DNA from: Squalus acanthias
Taxonomy: Eukaryota
Reading direction: 5' to 3'
DNA length: 64,000 bases
Assembly: GCA_030390025.1 (NCBI GenBank)
Contig: CM059431.1
Span: 118,298,001 to 118,362,000, forward strand
Shown here: positions 36,338 through 48,940 of the stretch, piece by piece
Numbering within the stretch: position 1 is the first letter of the stretch
Layout of the letters: the number at the start of each line of letters is the position of its first letter
Translations under genes and position numbers: made by a program
Notes under the pieces: generated by a model
What the model was told of the DNA's origin: nothing
The model's database searches: none
Seen by the model: the letters and a program-made list of their open reading frames with translations, nothing else

Positions 36338-36735
36338 AAAGTGTTTTAAAACTTTGCGAATACCTTACGCTGTCACTTTGGAGTGTGAATAAATTCTGTT
36401 CCTATCGATGGATCCTAATAATCAACTGTGTATGGTACTCTTGAGGAGATTGCACAGAAGATGACATGGGCCCGGATATTAATTCGGAAGTGCATTGGGA
36501 GCGGGGAGTCCGATACACGTGGGAAACTCGGAAGTGTGTCCAGCGCGTCTGTCTGTGGCATTTTAACACGGGCACCACTTTATCATTTTACATCTGGGTT
36601 TGGGGACGACTGCGCGGTAGCAGGCATGGTGAGGACCCACATGACCTGATCTGAACTCCAGTATTTAAAGCGCCAATACAAAGATGGAATTCGCAGGAGT
36701 TGGGAGTTGGAAGCAAGAGATGACGAACTGTGAGA

Positions 36736-38379
36736 ATGGATTCCGGACAGTCAAAGGCTGCACTCGTCTTTAACAACACCTCCCTTGTTGTACTGCTGGG
36801 GCAGTGAGGAGCCACAGAGAGATACTCTTCCTCAGCAACTGAAGGAAGAAACCTACTACTGACAGAAAGAAGTCCTGACTGGAGATAGCCCAGGAAGTCA
36901 GCAGCAGGAGCATTGTGCCACCTCCTGGATACACTGCAGGAAGTGCTTTAATGACCTTAGCAGGTCAGGAAAGGTGAGTACAGTTGCACATTTACCTACA
37001 TCCTGCTGTGTGCATCACCCCAACCCCCTCACTCTGCCTCGCCAAGCCTATTTCATCATATCACTCCTCACATCCACTTACCTTGCAAGCGCACTCATCC
37101 TTCTCACAGAACACGAGGGAGTGGGAGAGAACCGGAGGTGGTCCTCCACAGATCACACAGCTCACAACTGCAGAGGAGGAAGTGTTGGAGATCAGTGGTG
37201 TCTCAGCGTCTTTGGCCATCAGAGATGGGAGATGGGGACGTCAAAGCTACCTGGTGAGAAAATGAAATAAAATGCACACATATATCACAAAACACTCAAT
37301 CATGTTGACTTGATTTCAACAGCGAGTGAAATATGACCATCTTAAGTTGCAACATTCTTACCTTGCCAGTACTAATTCGTATATTTTATCTCCGCCAGGG
37401 CCTTCACGCATGCAGTAGGAGTCCATGGACCTCGTGGATGACGAATCCTCAAAGAAGATGATTTCTTCTGAGTGTGCACCATCACAGGACTCTTGCTTAC
37501 CATGCACCAGCTCAGATACTCGCACTATGGTGGGATCAGTAGGACAGACAGTTAGGTTTTCACCTGGTGAATCACGCTTCAGGAGTGAGCAAGAGCAGAC
37601 AGTGATGGCAGGGCCAGCAGTGGAGTGTCAACGTCGGAGGGCGCATCCCTCTCCAAGCTCTGCTCAGCTGGACAAACATGCTGTACTCCGGGGCCATCAA
37701 TGAAAAGGATAATCATTGAGGGGCAGCAGAAAATGTCTGATGTACCAACAGGCCTTCCAGGCACACTGTCCATGATTGCAGAGCGAATGGAGAGTCCTCC
37801 TCAAGCATGAGTGGGTTGATGTCGCAGGGCATTTCCACAATGTCTTCTTGCATGGATAGAGAGGCCAGCGCTGTGGAACATCAATTGTGGCAATCAAATG
37901 AGTCCATGCACGCCTTGACCACAGCCTTGCACACTCTGGATACCAACATGTCTGGCACCTTAAATAGGATGACAGTATCTTAGCTTCGGCTTACAGTGCC
38001 TCACTGATCTGCATCAAAGTGCTCTCCAGCAGAGTGATAGCAGTGAAGTGCAGATGGCCCATGAGAGGGATGATGGTGAAAGGGGACATGGAAGTGGGGA
38101 CTCCACTCAAAGCGCTCCCACTTCTCATGTGCTGCCCCCCTCCCCTCAGTGAGTACCCGCCATGCTGCCTCAGGTCCCGATGGCCGAGTCTGCCCCTGCA
38201 CAGGTGCAGGAGGAGCAGTCTTTGTTGGGGACCTCACAGGCTCCAAAACCCAGAGGTCGTTGGCCAAAAGCATCTCTGCAGTCAGAGCAGGGGTGAGAGC
38301 AGCCTGCCTCTACCCCACTGAAACCACAGAGGTTGCATCACATAGGAGCGGTGCGAAAAAGGAAAGTAAAGCTTTGTAG
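36736..38379 (+). pseudogene. Harbinger Myb/SANT gene remnant, 3 exons
   Basis: ..KKS*LEIAQEVSSRS..CRKCFNDLSRSGK|gtgagt; exon 2 REWERTGGGPPQITQLTTAEEEVLEI. Confidence 0.82.
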
Positions 38380-38683
38380 TTCACCAAGGGTATGCTCGTG
38401 GGTGTATGAAAAATGTTACATTGTGAAGTTTCCGTTCTTTAGTAGAATCACCTAAATTTCTTACTTTGCTCCATTTTCCCGTGTTGCCCATTCTTGGTTG
38501 CTGGGAGGCAACTCGCCTTTTCACTTGCTTGATGATGAATGAGAAGACATGAATTGACGGGGATCAATGGGGGATGTGCAATGGGTGGTTCATTGTTTGC
38601 AGGACAGCTTTGTGTCAGTGGCATTAGAGGTGGGTGGAAGAGTGGCCGCTGGATGTGGTCTGACATCAGTCCACTGGTGCAAT

Positions 38684-39870
38684 CTAAGTGAACCTTACAT
38701 TAATAAGGGCATCCCTGGCAGCAATGTGAGCAGCTGGTGCTGCATTGGCATTGTAACCTTCCTCCTCCTTGTCTTCTGCCTCTTCCTCCTCCTCCACAGA
38801 TTCATCTGCAGACAATGTGCGCTCTGCGCCTTGTTCCTCCTGCAGGTCCAAACCTCGCTGCTGCGTAATGTTGTGCAGAGCGCAGCACACTGCAACCATT
38901 TTGGACACCCTGGTGGGTATGTACTGAACGGCACCTCCAGACCTTTCTAGGTACCTGAAGTGCATCTTCAGCATGGCGATGGCTTGCTCACTGACACATC
39001 TGCTGGTCATGTGGCTTTCACTGTAGTGCTGTTGGGCTTCATTGGTTGGGTTTCTCATGGGTGTCATCAGACAAGTTTGAAAGGGGTATCCCTTGTCTCT
39101 TAGCAGCCACCTCTTAAGTCTGCTTGCAGGTCCAAAGACGTCAGGGAGCTTGGACTGCCGCAGGACAAAAGCATCTTGGCAGCTCCATGGTAATCTTGCG
39201 CACATGTGCATGAATATCTTTTTGTGGTTGCACATTGATGGAGTGGAAGCCCTTGCGGTTGCCGAATACTCCTGTTGATCTGGGGGTGCCCGGATTGCCA
39301 CGTGTGTGCAGTCGATGATGCCCGGCACCTGCGGGAAGCCAGCCAGAGACGCAAACCCGAGCTCCCGCTCATTCTGACTGCCGTCACCACAGGCGAAGTT
39401 GACATCATTTCTGGCTCTGGCAAACAACCCATCAGTGACTTGCCTTATGCATTTGTAGGCTGCCAACTGGGAGATCCTGGATATGTCTTTGGCAGAGCCC
39501 TGGAAGGATCCAGAGGTAAAAAGTTGAGGGGGCGGTGGTCACTTTGAGAGCCACTGGTAAGACATGACCACCAGGTCCAGCAAGCAGCAGGTCTTCTTCT
39601 AGGAGGCTGCAGATGTCTGCGACCACCTGACATGACAAACTGAGCCTCCTGAGACACTGCTGTTCAGCCATGTCAAGAAAACTCAGTTTCTGCCTATACA
39701 TCCTGTGTCATGGGTCATGCCTCCTCAAGCTGCTTCCCTCTGCTGCTCCCCTCTCTGCTGTCCAGCTACAGGTCTCTCAAAAGTAGGCTGCTGCTGGTGC
39801 TGGTGCTGGGCATACTGGTCCTCGTCCAAGGTCCAATCTAAGGCAGCCATAGTACCACCCACCCTGATGT
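38684..39870 (-). pseudogene. Harbinger DDE transposase
   Basis: ORFs 39432-39701 (LPVALKVT) and 38684-39466 (IIDCTHVAIRAP, DKGYP, EQAIAMLKMHFR, CCALHN, acidic tail). Confidence 0.92.
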
Positions 39871-40367
39871 GAAACAGAAAACCTCAAAAGTGTAGAAAGT
39901 CAAGTCTAAGCAAAAGTGCTGTGAACAAACCCTTTCCCACTGGCAGGTAAGAAAGCAGCTTTGAGTTCTGAGTATTTATTGCAGTATTTCCATGAGATTG
40001 ATTGGCCCTCTCAATGCCGCAGTGCCTCTCCTTGCTTTCACTGGCGAGTTTCAGGATGCCCGGGAAACCCGTGGATGTGCCGTTACATTTAATAATGCAT
40101 TGAAACATGGCTCCAACTGAGCGATTAGCATATGTTAATAGGCAACCCACCTCTCCCACGAGGGTTGCGCACAGCCAGCCTAACGCACCCGAGTTAAACG
40201 CGGAAGTCGGTGGGTTGGAGCCGGCTTCCCGATTCACTGACATTTTTGCTGGATTTAACCACCCCGCACCCACACGCAAACCCCACGTACTCCTCCCCTC
40301 AATACTTCAGCTCAGGCCTAACCTATGATTTATGAAGGTTTAACATGACATCCTTGCTTTTGTACTC

Positions 40368-41197
40368 GGGCCTGGATTTTCTCAATGGGGAGCTTTTGGA
40401 GGCGGGACTCCCACTTGTCGGGCTTTAGTCCCGCCTCCATCGACGTCCGGCCAACCCACACTATTTTCCCTTGATTGACCTTGTTAAGCCTGCCCAGCGG
40501 GCATAGCAGGCCAATTAAGGGAAAGCCGGTTACTGGTGACGTCAGCGCACTCGCTTTTGACAGATGAAATGTCAGCGTTTGACGGCTCTGTGAAGCTGTC
40601 AAACACTGACAATCTGTCCTCTAAGTTGAGCCCTTCCACTCAGGCTCAGTTAGAGAGCTCTCCTGAGCAGAAAGCAGAAGGCTGCAGCTTTTGACAGTTC
40701 AGCGGCCATTCTGCTTTCTGTGCCGGTGAGCTGAGGGACTCCCGAGACCTGAAGGGAGGAAGCCTGCAGGAAGAAGTAAAGGTAAGTAATCTTATTAAAA
40801 CACTTTACACTCACCACACACACTTAATTCTCCACACTTGCACTCACCACTCACCTGCACACCGGACATCTCGGGCCCTCTGAACCCCGCAGACCGACGG
40901 CCCGCCTCGCTGACCCTGGCGAGGTTCGGAGCCGTCGGGCAGCCCACACTTTAGGGCTGAAAATAGGGATTAGCCAAAAAAGCTGCCTGTTAACTACCTG
41001 TTAACAGGCAGTTAATTGGCATTAATCCCCTTCCCGCTTCGGGGAGGGGGCTCCCAGTGCGGGTCGGGTACCCGCCCCCTGAGAAGATGGCACGGAGGTG
41101 GGTTGGGGGCGGGATAGGTACCCGCCCCCAGATTCTGCCATTTTCCTGGCAGTCCTGCCTCCTTACTCGCCTCCCCAGGGCTGGCAAAAACGTCCCC
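40368..41197. mobile_element. Non-autonomous Harbinger-type element inserted in a CR1 remnant (~40305-41250, minus)
   Basis: Starts gggcctggattttc; the flanks rejoin as CR1 ttgtactc|tatgcctc; shares internal blocks with 43327-44371. Confidence 0.6.
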
Positions 41198-42517
41198 TAT
41201 GCCTCTATTGATAAAGGATAACTCGGGAATGCAGCACAAACCCCACAAGCCTTTTAATCTCGCCCCTCCCCCACCCCCCAACCCATACAGTTCTCGACGG
41301 ATTGGGGGATGGATACAGTACCTCATTACATTTCAAAAATACTTCATTTGCTGTGCAGTACTTTGGGATGTTCTAAAGTTGTGAAAGCCGCTATATATAT
41401 GTTGGTTCTTTCTTGCTTTCTTATTGTTAATTGTTGATTTGGACTTACAGTGACAGCAGTATGAAAAACTTAGAAGTGTAATAATATTATTCATGTCTTT
41501 GTACGGTGTACTTTGCTACCTTACTTTTTATCGTTGCAGGTTTAATACTGATTTGTTGTACATTTTTAATTTATTCAAATTTTCTGTTCCCAATTTTTTG
41601 AGAAATTTTAATTTAATTCATAGTTTTGCATTTTTTCATTCCTAAAAAATATAGTGCAAATTTCAATTTTCTTTGTAAAACTGTATTTTCTAAATATTTT
41701 GCATTTGCAACTGACCACATTATTCCCATTCAACAGGAAGAAAGATCCAGCAGGCTGTCTTAGGATAACTGCAAGCTTAACGTTAATGAAGAGGCCAGTA
41801 TTGGCTATCATGACAAAAGGTTTCAACTGGACCACTTTTGATTTGAGCAGTCACATTTAATGTAATTTTAACAGCATGACAGGGCACAGAAATGGAACAA
41901 TCATGATAAATTTCAAAAATTTACAGTAATAGAGTATAAAGACAGAAGTGACATTTTGATTAAGTTGCTGGTACGTTGACAATGTGCTTTGTAAACTTCA
42001 TCAGATATAACTCTATTAATGTGCCAATCACTAAGTGCTGAGCGTTGCAAAATTCTGTTAAGTTACAATCCAAAAAAATCTAATTTGTTCGTATTGTAAT
42101 TTGTTTAAAATATTACACCTGTAGATTAAAACTATAAGGCATCCTGACAGTGGTACATATCCCAGAGTTGTGACTGTTAAATTAGATGTTGCATATTCAT
42201 GCACTCTGGGGGGTAGCTCGTCACTGCCATAACTCATTTTCACTCGCCCTTAAAAGTCGGCAGTGAAAGGAAACCTTAATTTCCTTTTCCCAGACTAGAT
42301 TGCAACTATGATCTCCAAAGGTGACTGTGGTTTACGATAGAAAGTGCGGTTCTCAGTGTGGCAGCGGCAGCAGCCAAGTCATCATTTCCAGGGTGAACAA
42401 AAAGCTGAATTTTCATTGCATTTCAGCATTAACTATCACTTTTTTCAGTTAGCCAAAGTGCAATGTATTTGATCATTGTGTTTGCATATAAAATATACTC
42501 AAAGGGTGTATGGGCTA

Positions 42518-43203
42518 CCTTAGTGTCATAGTTGACCCTGAAATGAGCTTCCAACCACATATCCATGGCATAACTAAGACCGCCATAACATTGCCCATCT
42601 CCGCCCTTGCCTCAGCTCATCCGCTGCTGAAACCCTCATCGATGCCTTTGTTACCTCTAGACTTGACTATTCCAACGCAGTCCTGGCTGGTCTCCCACAT
42701 GCTATCCTACGTAAACTTGAGGTCATCCAAAACTCGGCTGCCCATGTCCTAACTCGCACCAAGTCCCATTCACCCATCACCCCTGTGCTCGCTGACTGAC
42801 ATTGGCTCTGGGTTAAGCAATGCCTTGATTTCAAAATTCTCATCCTTGCTTTCAAATCCCTCCATGGCCTCGCCTCTCCCTATCTCTGTAATCTCCGTCA
42901 GCCCCACAACACCCCCGAGATATCTGCGCTCCTCAAATTCTGACCTCTTGAGCATCCCTGATTATAATCGCTCAACCATCGGTGGCCGTGCCTTCAGCTG
43001 CCTAGTCCCTAAGCTCTGGAATTCCCTCCCTAAACCTCTCCGCCCCTCTACCTCTCTTTCCTCCTTTAAGACACTCCTTAAAACCTACCTCTTCGACCAA
43101 GATTTTGGTCATCTTATCTAATTTCTTATATGGCTCCAGTGAAGTGCCTTGGGGCATTTTACTACGTTAAAGGCGCTATATAAATAAAAGTTGTTGTTGT
43201 TGT
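42518..43203 (+). mobile_element. L2 LINE 3' fragment
   Basis: DPEMSF.PHI, GGRAFSC..PKLWNSLP..FKTLLKTYLF; (TTG)n tail. Confidence 0.9.
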
Positions 43204-43326
43204 ATTTAAATGGGTTGGGTGCTTATTGGCAATGATGTAAGTTTAAAATGGCAGTTCATAATGGAAGAATTTTAGCTTTAAAGTACAGGAGACTTTGATA
43301 GGAAAATTCAGCATATTTGACTCAAT

Positions 43327-44371
43327 GGGCTCGATTTTTTGGTTCGAGGCGGCTTGGGTGCGGTACAGCTGCCTTCCGGGTTCCAGTCCAACGACATCAG
43401 ACGCACAAACGTGATTTTGCGTCAATTGGCCTTGTTAAGCCTGCCCTGTTGATGACGCGTCATCTGCTGGTTTTCTTAAAGGGGCCACGCACATTTTTTT
43501 TTGACAGCTGATTTCTCAGTGTTTGACAGCATTCAGGTGCTGCAAACACTGACAATCACTGTACAAAGGTGAGCTCTTGCACCTCGGCTCTCCAGTGACT
43601 CCCTCCTTAGGCTAGAACAGATGGCAGCTGCAGGTGAGGTTACAGAAGCGATCTGTCACTGGTGAGAGAGGTTCTTTTATGAATCCCCACAGTGCAGATA
43701 GAGGCCATTTCGGCCCATCGAGCCTACACCGACACATATCCCACCCTGTCCCCGTAACCCCACGTATTTAATCCCCCCAACACTAAGGGTCAATTTATCA
43801 GAGCCAAATCAACCTAACCCGCACATCTTTGGACTGTGGGAGGAAACCGGAGCACCCGGAGGAAACCCACGCAGACACGGGGAGAATGTGCAAACTCCAC
43901 ACATGAGGTGGGACTACACATACAAATCAAAACTTGTTACCTACAGAAAACTGTAAATGCATTAAAAATTATTTTCCCAACAATATCTTACCTCTGAAAC
44001 TCACCAGTGCACCATTAGATCCTTCACACCACTTCTGCAGCTGTCATCAATGAAGAAACATTACAGTAGACCCACAGCATGCCACACTTACCTGGTGTGG
44101 TGTCCGGATGTCGGGAAGCCCGAAGTAGAAGTGTCAAAATTGCAAAAAGCCTCTTAACTGCCTGTTAACAACCTGTTAATAAGCAGTTAAGTGTCTATAA
44201 TCCTCTTCCCGCCGCTATGTGTCGGGTCCATGCGCACATCGGGGACCCGACACTTGTGAAGATTATTGGAGGTGGATTGACAGCGGGTTTCCTGCCCGCT
44301 GTCAATCTTTGCGATTTTGATGTATGTCCCACCTCCAAACTCGCCCCCTGAGCGTCAGCAAAATTCCGGCT
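43327..44371. mobile_element. Non-autonomous Harbinger-type element containing a SINE
   Basis: Ends gggctcgatttt / aaaattccggct; TSD aat/aat. Confidence 0.65.
43680..43903 (-). mobile_element. V-SINE (HE1-like) with CR1-derived tail, 5'-truncated
   Basis: Reverse complement carries the V-domain tgtgtggagtttgcacattctccccgtgtctgcgtgggtttcctccgggtgctccggtttcctcccacagtccaaagatgtgc. Confidence 0.85.
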
Positions 44372-44599
44372 AATGCGTCCACATGTAGGTGATCTGGAGT
44401 AGGCAATGAGTGACATTCAGTTCAGTGCAATTTCACAAGTGGAAAAGGTCGTGAAATGTCGCAAAAAATGCTTCAACTATGTGAAGTGATCGATAGAAAA
44501 GAAAGCTGGCAAAATTTTCTGGTAAAGGACAAATTAACTTTCTACACAACTTATACATGCATCAGTTTAGCCTTTGACCAAACTTGCTTTCCTGCTGAA

Positions 44600-44997
44600 C
44601 AAATGAACAAATGTACCTTTGACCATTTACAGTTCCTCCCCTGAGCCAAGCCATCTATTCTTTTCCCTTTTTTCTCTCTCTCTCCCCCCACGGCAGCTGT
44701 CTCTCATTCTGCCAGCATTTTACACTTCACACTTCTGAGCCACCTTTTGTTTCTTAACTGTCCTATTACCATCTCGTCTTGCCTTGAGCATCTCTTAATA
44801 TCTCTACTTACCATAGACCACCCCTTTTGTTCTTTTATTCCTCCCCCCAGCCTCCCCCTTGCTTTTTTATCTGTTTAATTTCCTGCTTTTTTCTCAGTTC
44901 TGACGAAGGGTTTCGATCTAAACATTAACTCTGTTTCTCTCTCCACGGATGTTGCCTGGCCTGCTGAGTTTTTCCAGCGTTTTCTGTTGTTGTTTCC
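44600..44997 (+). mobile_element. Hammerhead-bearing Penelope-related retroposon copy (core damaged)
   Basis: About 44730-44995 is nearly identical to 46850-47113; CTGACGA at 44900 but GAAA has lost its G. 5' boundary approximate. Confidence 0.8.
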
Positions 44998-45012
44998 ATC
45001 TATTCTTATGTT

Positions 45013-45283
45013 CTTAGTCAAAGTTCTTCCTCTCTTGCTACTAACTCCAAAGTCCTCCAAATTCCATCTTTGGATTGGCCCTTTAAATAATGGATATGCG
45101 ATCGCGTCATGCAAGTCCTCATCACATCGCCGCCGCACAATCGATGACAAACCCGGAACTAAAATGATAATGAGGTGGCTGCGCTAAAATGCCACAGACC
45201 AACGCACTGAAATTCCAGGTTTCCCACGCGATATTGGACCCCCCCCCCCACTCCCAACGTACCTCGGAATTATTATTGGGGCC
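45013..45283 (-). mobile_element. Harbinger left-end fragment in reverse orientation
   Basis: Reverse complement aligns by eye with 36469-36735 (TIR through tatttaaag.gccaat..aaagatggaatt). Confidence 0.75.
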
Positions 45284-46846
45284 CATGAGTTCAAATCCCA
45301 CCATGGCAGTTTGAGAATTTGAATTCAATTTTTTTTTTACATCTGGAAATAAAAAGGTTGTATCAGTAAATGTGATCATGAAGCTGTAGAATTGTCATAA
45401 AAATGGCCTTGCCAGCGATGCTGACATCCCAAGAATGAATTTTGTAGCTGATTTTATATAGTCAGAGACTTTAAGATAAAACAGGTTATGACCTTGTAAT
45501 GCTCAATATATTAATCAAAATGACCTTAACAGATGTACAGTCACTATTCAGTAAAATAATATTTAAACTAATTATTCAAAAAATCATGGATCATTGCAAA
45601 GTTGCAATTTGAATGTTAAACATAATCATGTATTGCCTCAAATCAATTGATGTCTACAGTTTGAGTATTCGGTGTCACAAACATATTCATTCTGCTGTCA
45701 ATTCTGCTGCCACTAATATTTTAAGTGATTGTTTTAAGTAATTATATTTGGCACAACAAATACAGATAAGCAGGCAACATTGTTTAAAACACATTAGTCA
45801 TGAAAATGAATTCATGACAAATCTGGACACTCAAAAGGAATTCAGACATAAGGTTTATATTAGCAAGAAGCATCACTGTTCTTTTTCACTGGGAGATATA
45901 TAGTTCTAAACTGTATTATTTCAATAATACTTTATTGTAGTAGGTAATAAAAGCTGACACAATGCCTGTGTGAAAATCTAGGTAATCATGTTTCTAGTCT
46001 CTGAATTATTACTGCAATTGCATTGGTGCATCTGCAGTCTGTCTTAGTGGCACTACAGAAAGTGAAATTGCAAACTATATAGTTTCTCATGAATCCCTGT
46101 GAACCATCTTTGCAGACCAACTCATCCCTTTCAGCTGTTTTGCAGTACTTTCTTTCAGATTTTTATCCAATGTAATCTTAAGAGCTAGGAAAATGGCATG
46201 ATTTTGCAATGTTATATCTAAAAACACTTTGTTCCAGTATTAAGACTGATGGAAAGGCTCAGGTTATCCCATCCCCCAGCACTGTCCTGTAATCTTTTAG
46301 ATTTCACTGTGTGGATTGTGGCGGTAAGGTCATTCAGCACAAGATGAATATTTAATATTTTTTCACACAGCAGTTTCTTACCGTCTGCACTAACCTGTTG
46401 TTAGGATTGATGCATGAAGGGAAAGCGTTGTTATGGCGAGTAATAAAAAGCTATTACTCCATACTAGAAATACATTAGCCAGATCAGAATGGCTTTTTCA
46501 ATGTGCAATTCAATTTCAAGTACAAAAACAGGTTTATTTTCATTATCAAGAGGAAAATGTGGTGTTTCTTTTTCTTCCTTGCATGACCTGCTAAATGAGA
46601 CATCATTCCTGAACTGTGAGGACTGGCAGGTAACCTGGTCCTTGGTCTTGCTATCCTCTGCTCTGGAAGTGACTGCAAGGATGTGCACAAGAGTGGCCCG
46701 AGGGTGACTTGTTCACGAATTGTCACTTTTTTCCTGTAGAGAAGCATTTGTTTTCTCCTCATCTCTTTCCCAATGGCCCAGCTAGATTACAAACTGACTA
46801 TTCAAAAATGACTAATTTTCATGCTCATACCCAGTTTACAACGTTA

Positions 46847-47113
46847 CAACACTTTTAGTCACCTTTTGTTTCTTAACCTGTCCTATTACCATCTCGTCTT
46901 GCCTTGAGCATCTCTTAATGTCTCTACTTACCATAGACCACCCCTTTTGTTCTTTTATTCCTCCCCCCAGCCTCTCCCTTGCTTTTTTATCTGTTTCATT
47001 TCCTGCTTTTTTCTCAGTTCTGACGAAGGGTTTCGACCTGAAACGTTAACTCTGTTTCTCTCTCCACGGATGTTGCCTGGCCTGCTGAGTTTTTCCAGCA
47101 TTTTCTGTTGTTG
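46847..47113 (+). mobile_element. Hammerhead-bearing short retroposon with 11-bp TSD
   Basis: TSD ttacaacgtta at 46836-46846 and 47114-47124; non-coding pyrimidine-rich body. Confidence 0.85.
47016..47051 (+). ncRNA. Minimal type-I hammerhead ribozyme motif
   Basis: agtt CTGACGA agggtttcgacct GAAA cg TT aact: intact core, stem I agtt/aact, palindromic AACGTT stem III. Confidence 0.75.
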
Positions 47114-48205
47114 TTACAACGTTATATGTTCATTTATGTCTCCAGTCAGGAGTACCAGGCACACTTCTCAGGAATTAGCACCCAGGTCGTGGAGCAGTCA
47201 CAAGAAAGGTGTTTCACATATCTATAACTGCATCACTAGCCTTTATAAATGCTCACATGCAGTGGCAGAAGAATACAAAACCTTTCAGAAGATAGTTCAT
47301 GGAAAAAGTGCAAGAATGAAGCTGGAGAACTGAAAACATGACTTTTATGGATTCAATAAGGCATTGTTGTAGAATTGTAATATTCTATTGGCTGCTGCTA
47401 GATAAAACATGGAATAAGGAGCAAAGGTTATTGATTAATGAAAGATGTGGAACGCACATTAACCTCAAGTGGTATTAACAGATGTAAATTGCACCTGAAG
47501 AAAAAGAAAAGATCCAAAGGAACATATAATAAGAAAAACTAAATATTCACACAGTGAGAATAATGATACCGCCAGCAGCTTAAAAAGATATATATTTTTA
47601 ATAATTTCTTTATTACAGTCAGTTGAGCATGGTAAATTATTTGTCCAAATTTGGCAACATTTCTACAAGGTCTTCATGGTGAGGCCAGAGTTACAGTTGC
47701 AGCTTACCATTCTGTTTCAATACAAAAAGTCCATCCCGAATATTGTGGTGAATTTTCACTCACCACCGTTTCTGCCTTTCGAAATAAGTCTCTGTCAGAC
47801 CGTATTGGCAAATAGGACATTGCCCCTTGTATGCTGAGTTTCAAATGTACAGTGAGTGGTTTGTGATACAACAGTTTAAAATGTAGCTGCCACCAACACA
47901 TCAAAGTCATGTTGCTGCAGGATCAAAGCCAAAAGCAATGATCCAGTTTGTGTTGAAAATAATAATAATGGAAATAATTAAGCCTTGAATCTCTGCGGGG
48001 TTTCTCTCTCCCACTGAAGTTACAGCAGAACATTGGGAAAACGCCCACAGAAATGTGTGACCTTAAAGTGTAATGGTACCACTTGCTTCTGTTACTGTTA
48101 ATAGGTAACACTAACATCTGTTTAGTTCTCCCACCACTGATCAGAAGTCACGAAGATCCATCCACCATTATGGCCCCTATAAAACAAACACACCTAAAAG
48201 ACACT

Positions 48206-48940
48206 GGAGTAGAAATTGTGGTCGGAGGCTTCCCGCTGGCGAATGCCTCCGAACCGCAAGTAAACATCGCACCTACCTGGTGCCTCCGTACCTTCGAACT
48301 CTTGTGCTCCTGGGCCTACAGGCGTATGCCTGCGTAAAGGCCCACGTATCCCAGGGGCGCACGCGGTTCGCAAGAGTCCCTGGGATCAAGTGGGCCAGCC
48401 CAACCAAAGACAAAGGGGGATTCCCATTATGGTTACGGGGATTCCATTTATATACGGAATCCCCATAAGTATAAAACACTCTTTCACAACACTGAAATAA
48501 AAATAAATCATCACATGGTCAAGATTCATTAAAATACAATTTAATTAAACTTTCAAAACAAAAATGTAATTTTTTAAAAATAAAATTAAACATTTTTCAA
48601 GTATCCAAAAATAACCTAAACTAATGTTAAAGGTTTTTGTATGTTTTAATCATTTTAAAACATTTATTTTAATATTTATTTAAGCCCTTATGCTGGTAAA
48701 AGATGGCCTGCTTTTACCAGGTGCAAGGCTTTCATAGGCATTCACTGGGTAGCAGTTGGGAAAATAGCCCAACTCTGTGCCAGCAAATGTCAATTTCCTG
48801 TGGATTCGTACGATCTGTCGAGCTGAAACTTGACAGATCGCAAGATCCAGGTTTTCGTGCATGCGCATTGCACGCGGAAACCCAGAACTTGCGGGGCACT
48901 TACGATGGCGTACAGTATGCCTACGCCGTTATAAGCCCCA
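48206..48940. mobile_element. Non-autonomous Harbinger-type element, right end truncated next to CR1
   Basis: Left TIR ggagtagaaatt; subterminal hairpin gatctgtcgag..cttgacagatc shared with 57209-57236. Confidence 0.65.

Larger units (their letters stand above)
36469..40285 (+). mobile_element. Two-gene Harbinger transposon (decayed), same family group as 12304-17077
   Basis: Left TIR ggcccggatatt; right end degraded; Myb on +, transposase on -. Confidence 0.85.

Noticed and set aside
44730..47113. LTR pair bounding a 2-kb LTR element
   Set aside because: No TG..CA ends, primer-binding site or internal ORF, and the second repeat has its own 11-bp TSD, indicating an independent insertion.
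47704..47915. Possible minus-strand host exon (cag acceptor, gtaag donor, one open frame)
   Set aside because: The translation resembles no protein I recognise and no partner exons were found. RNA-seq or TBLASTN would be needed.
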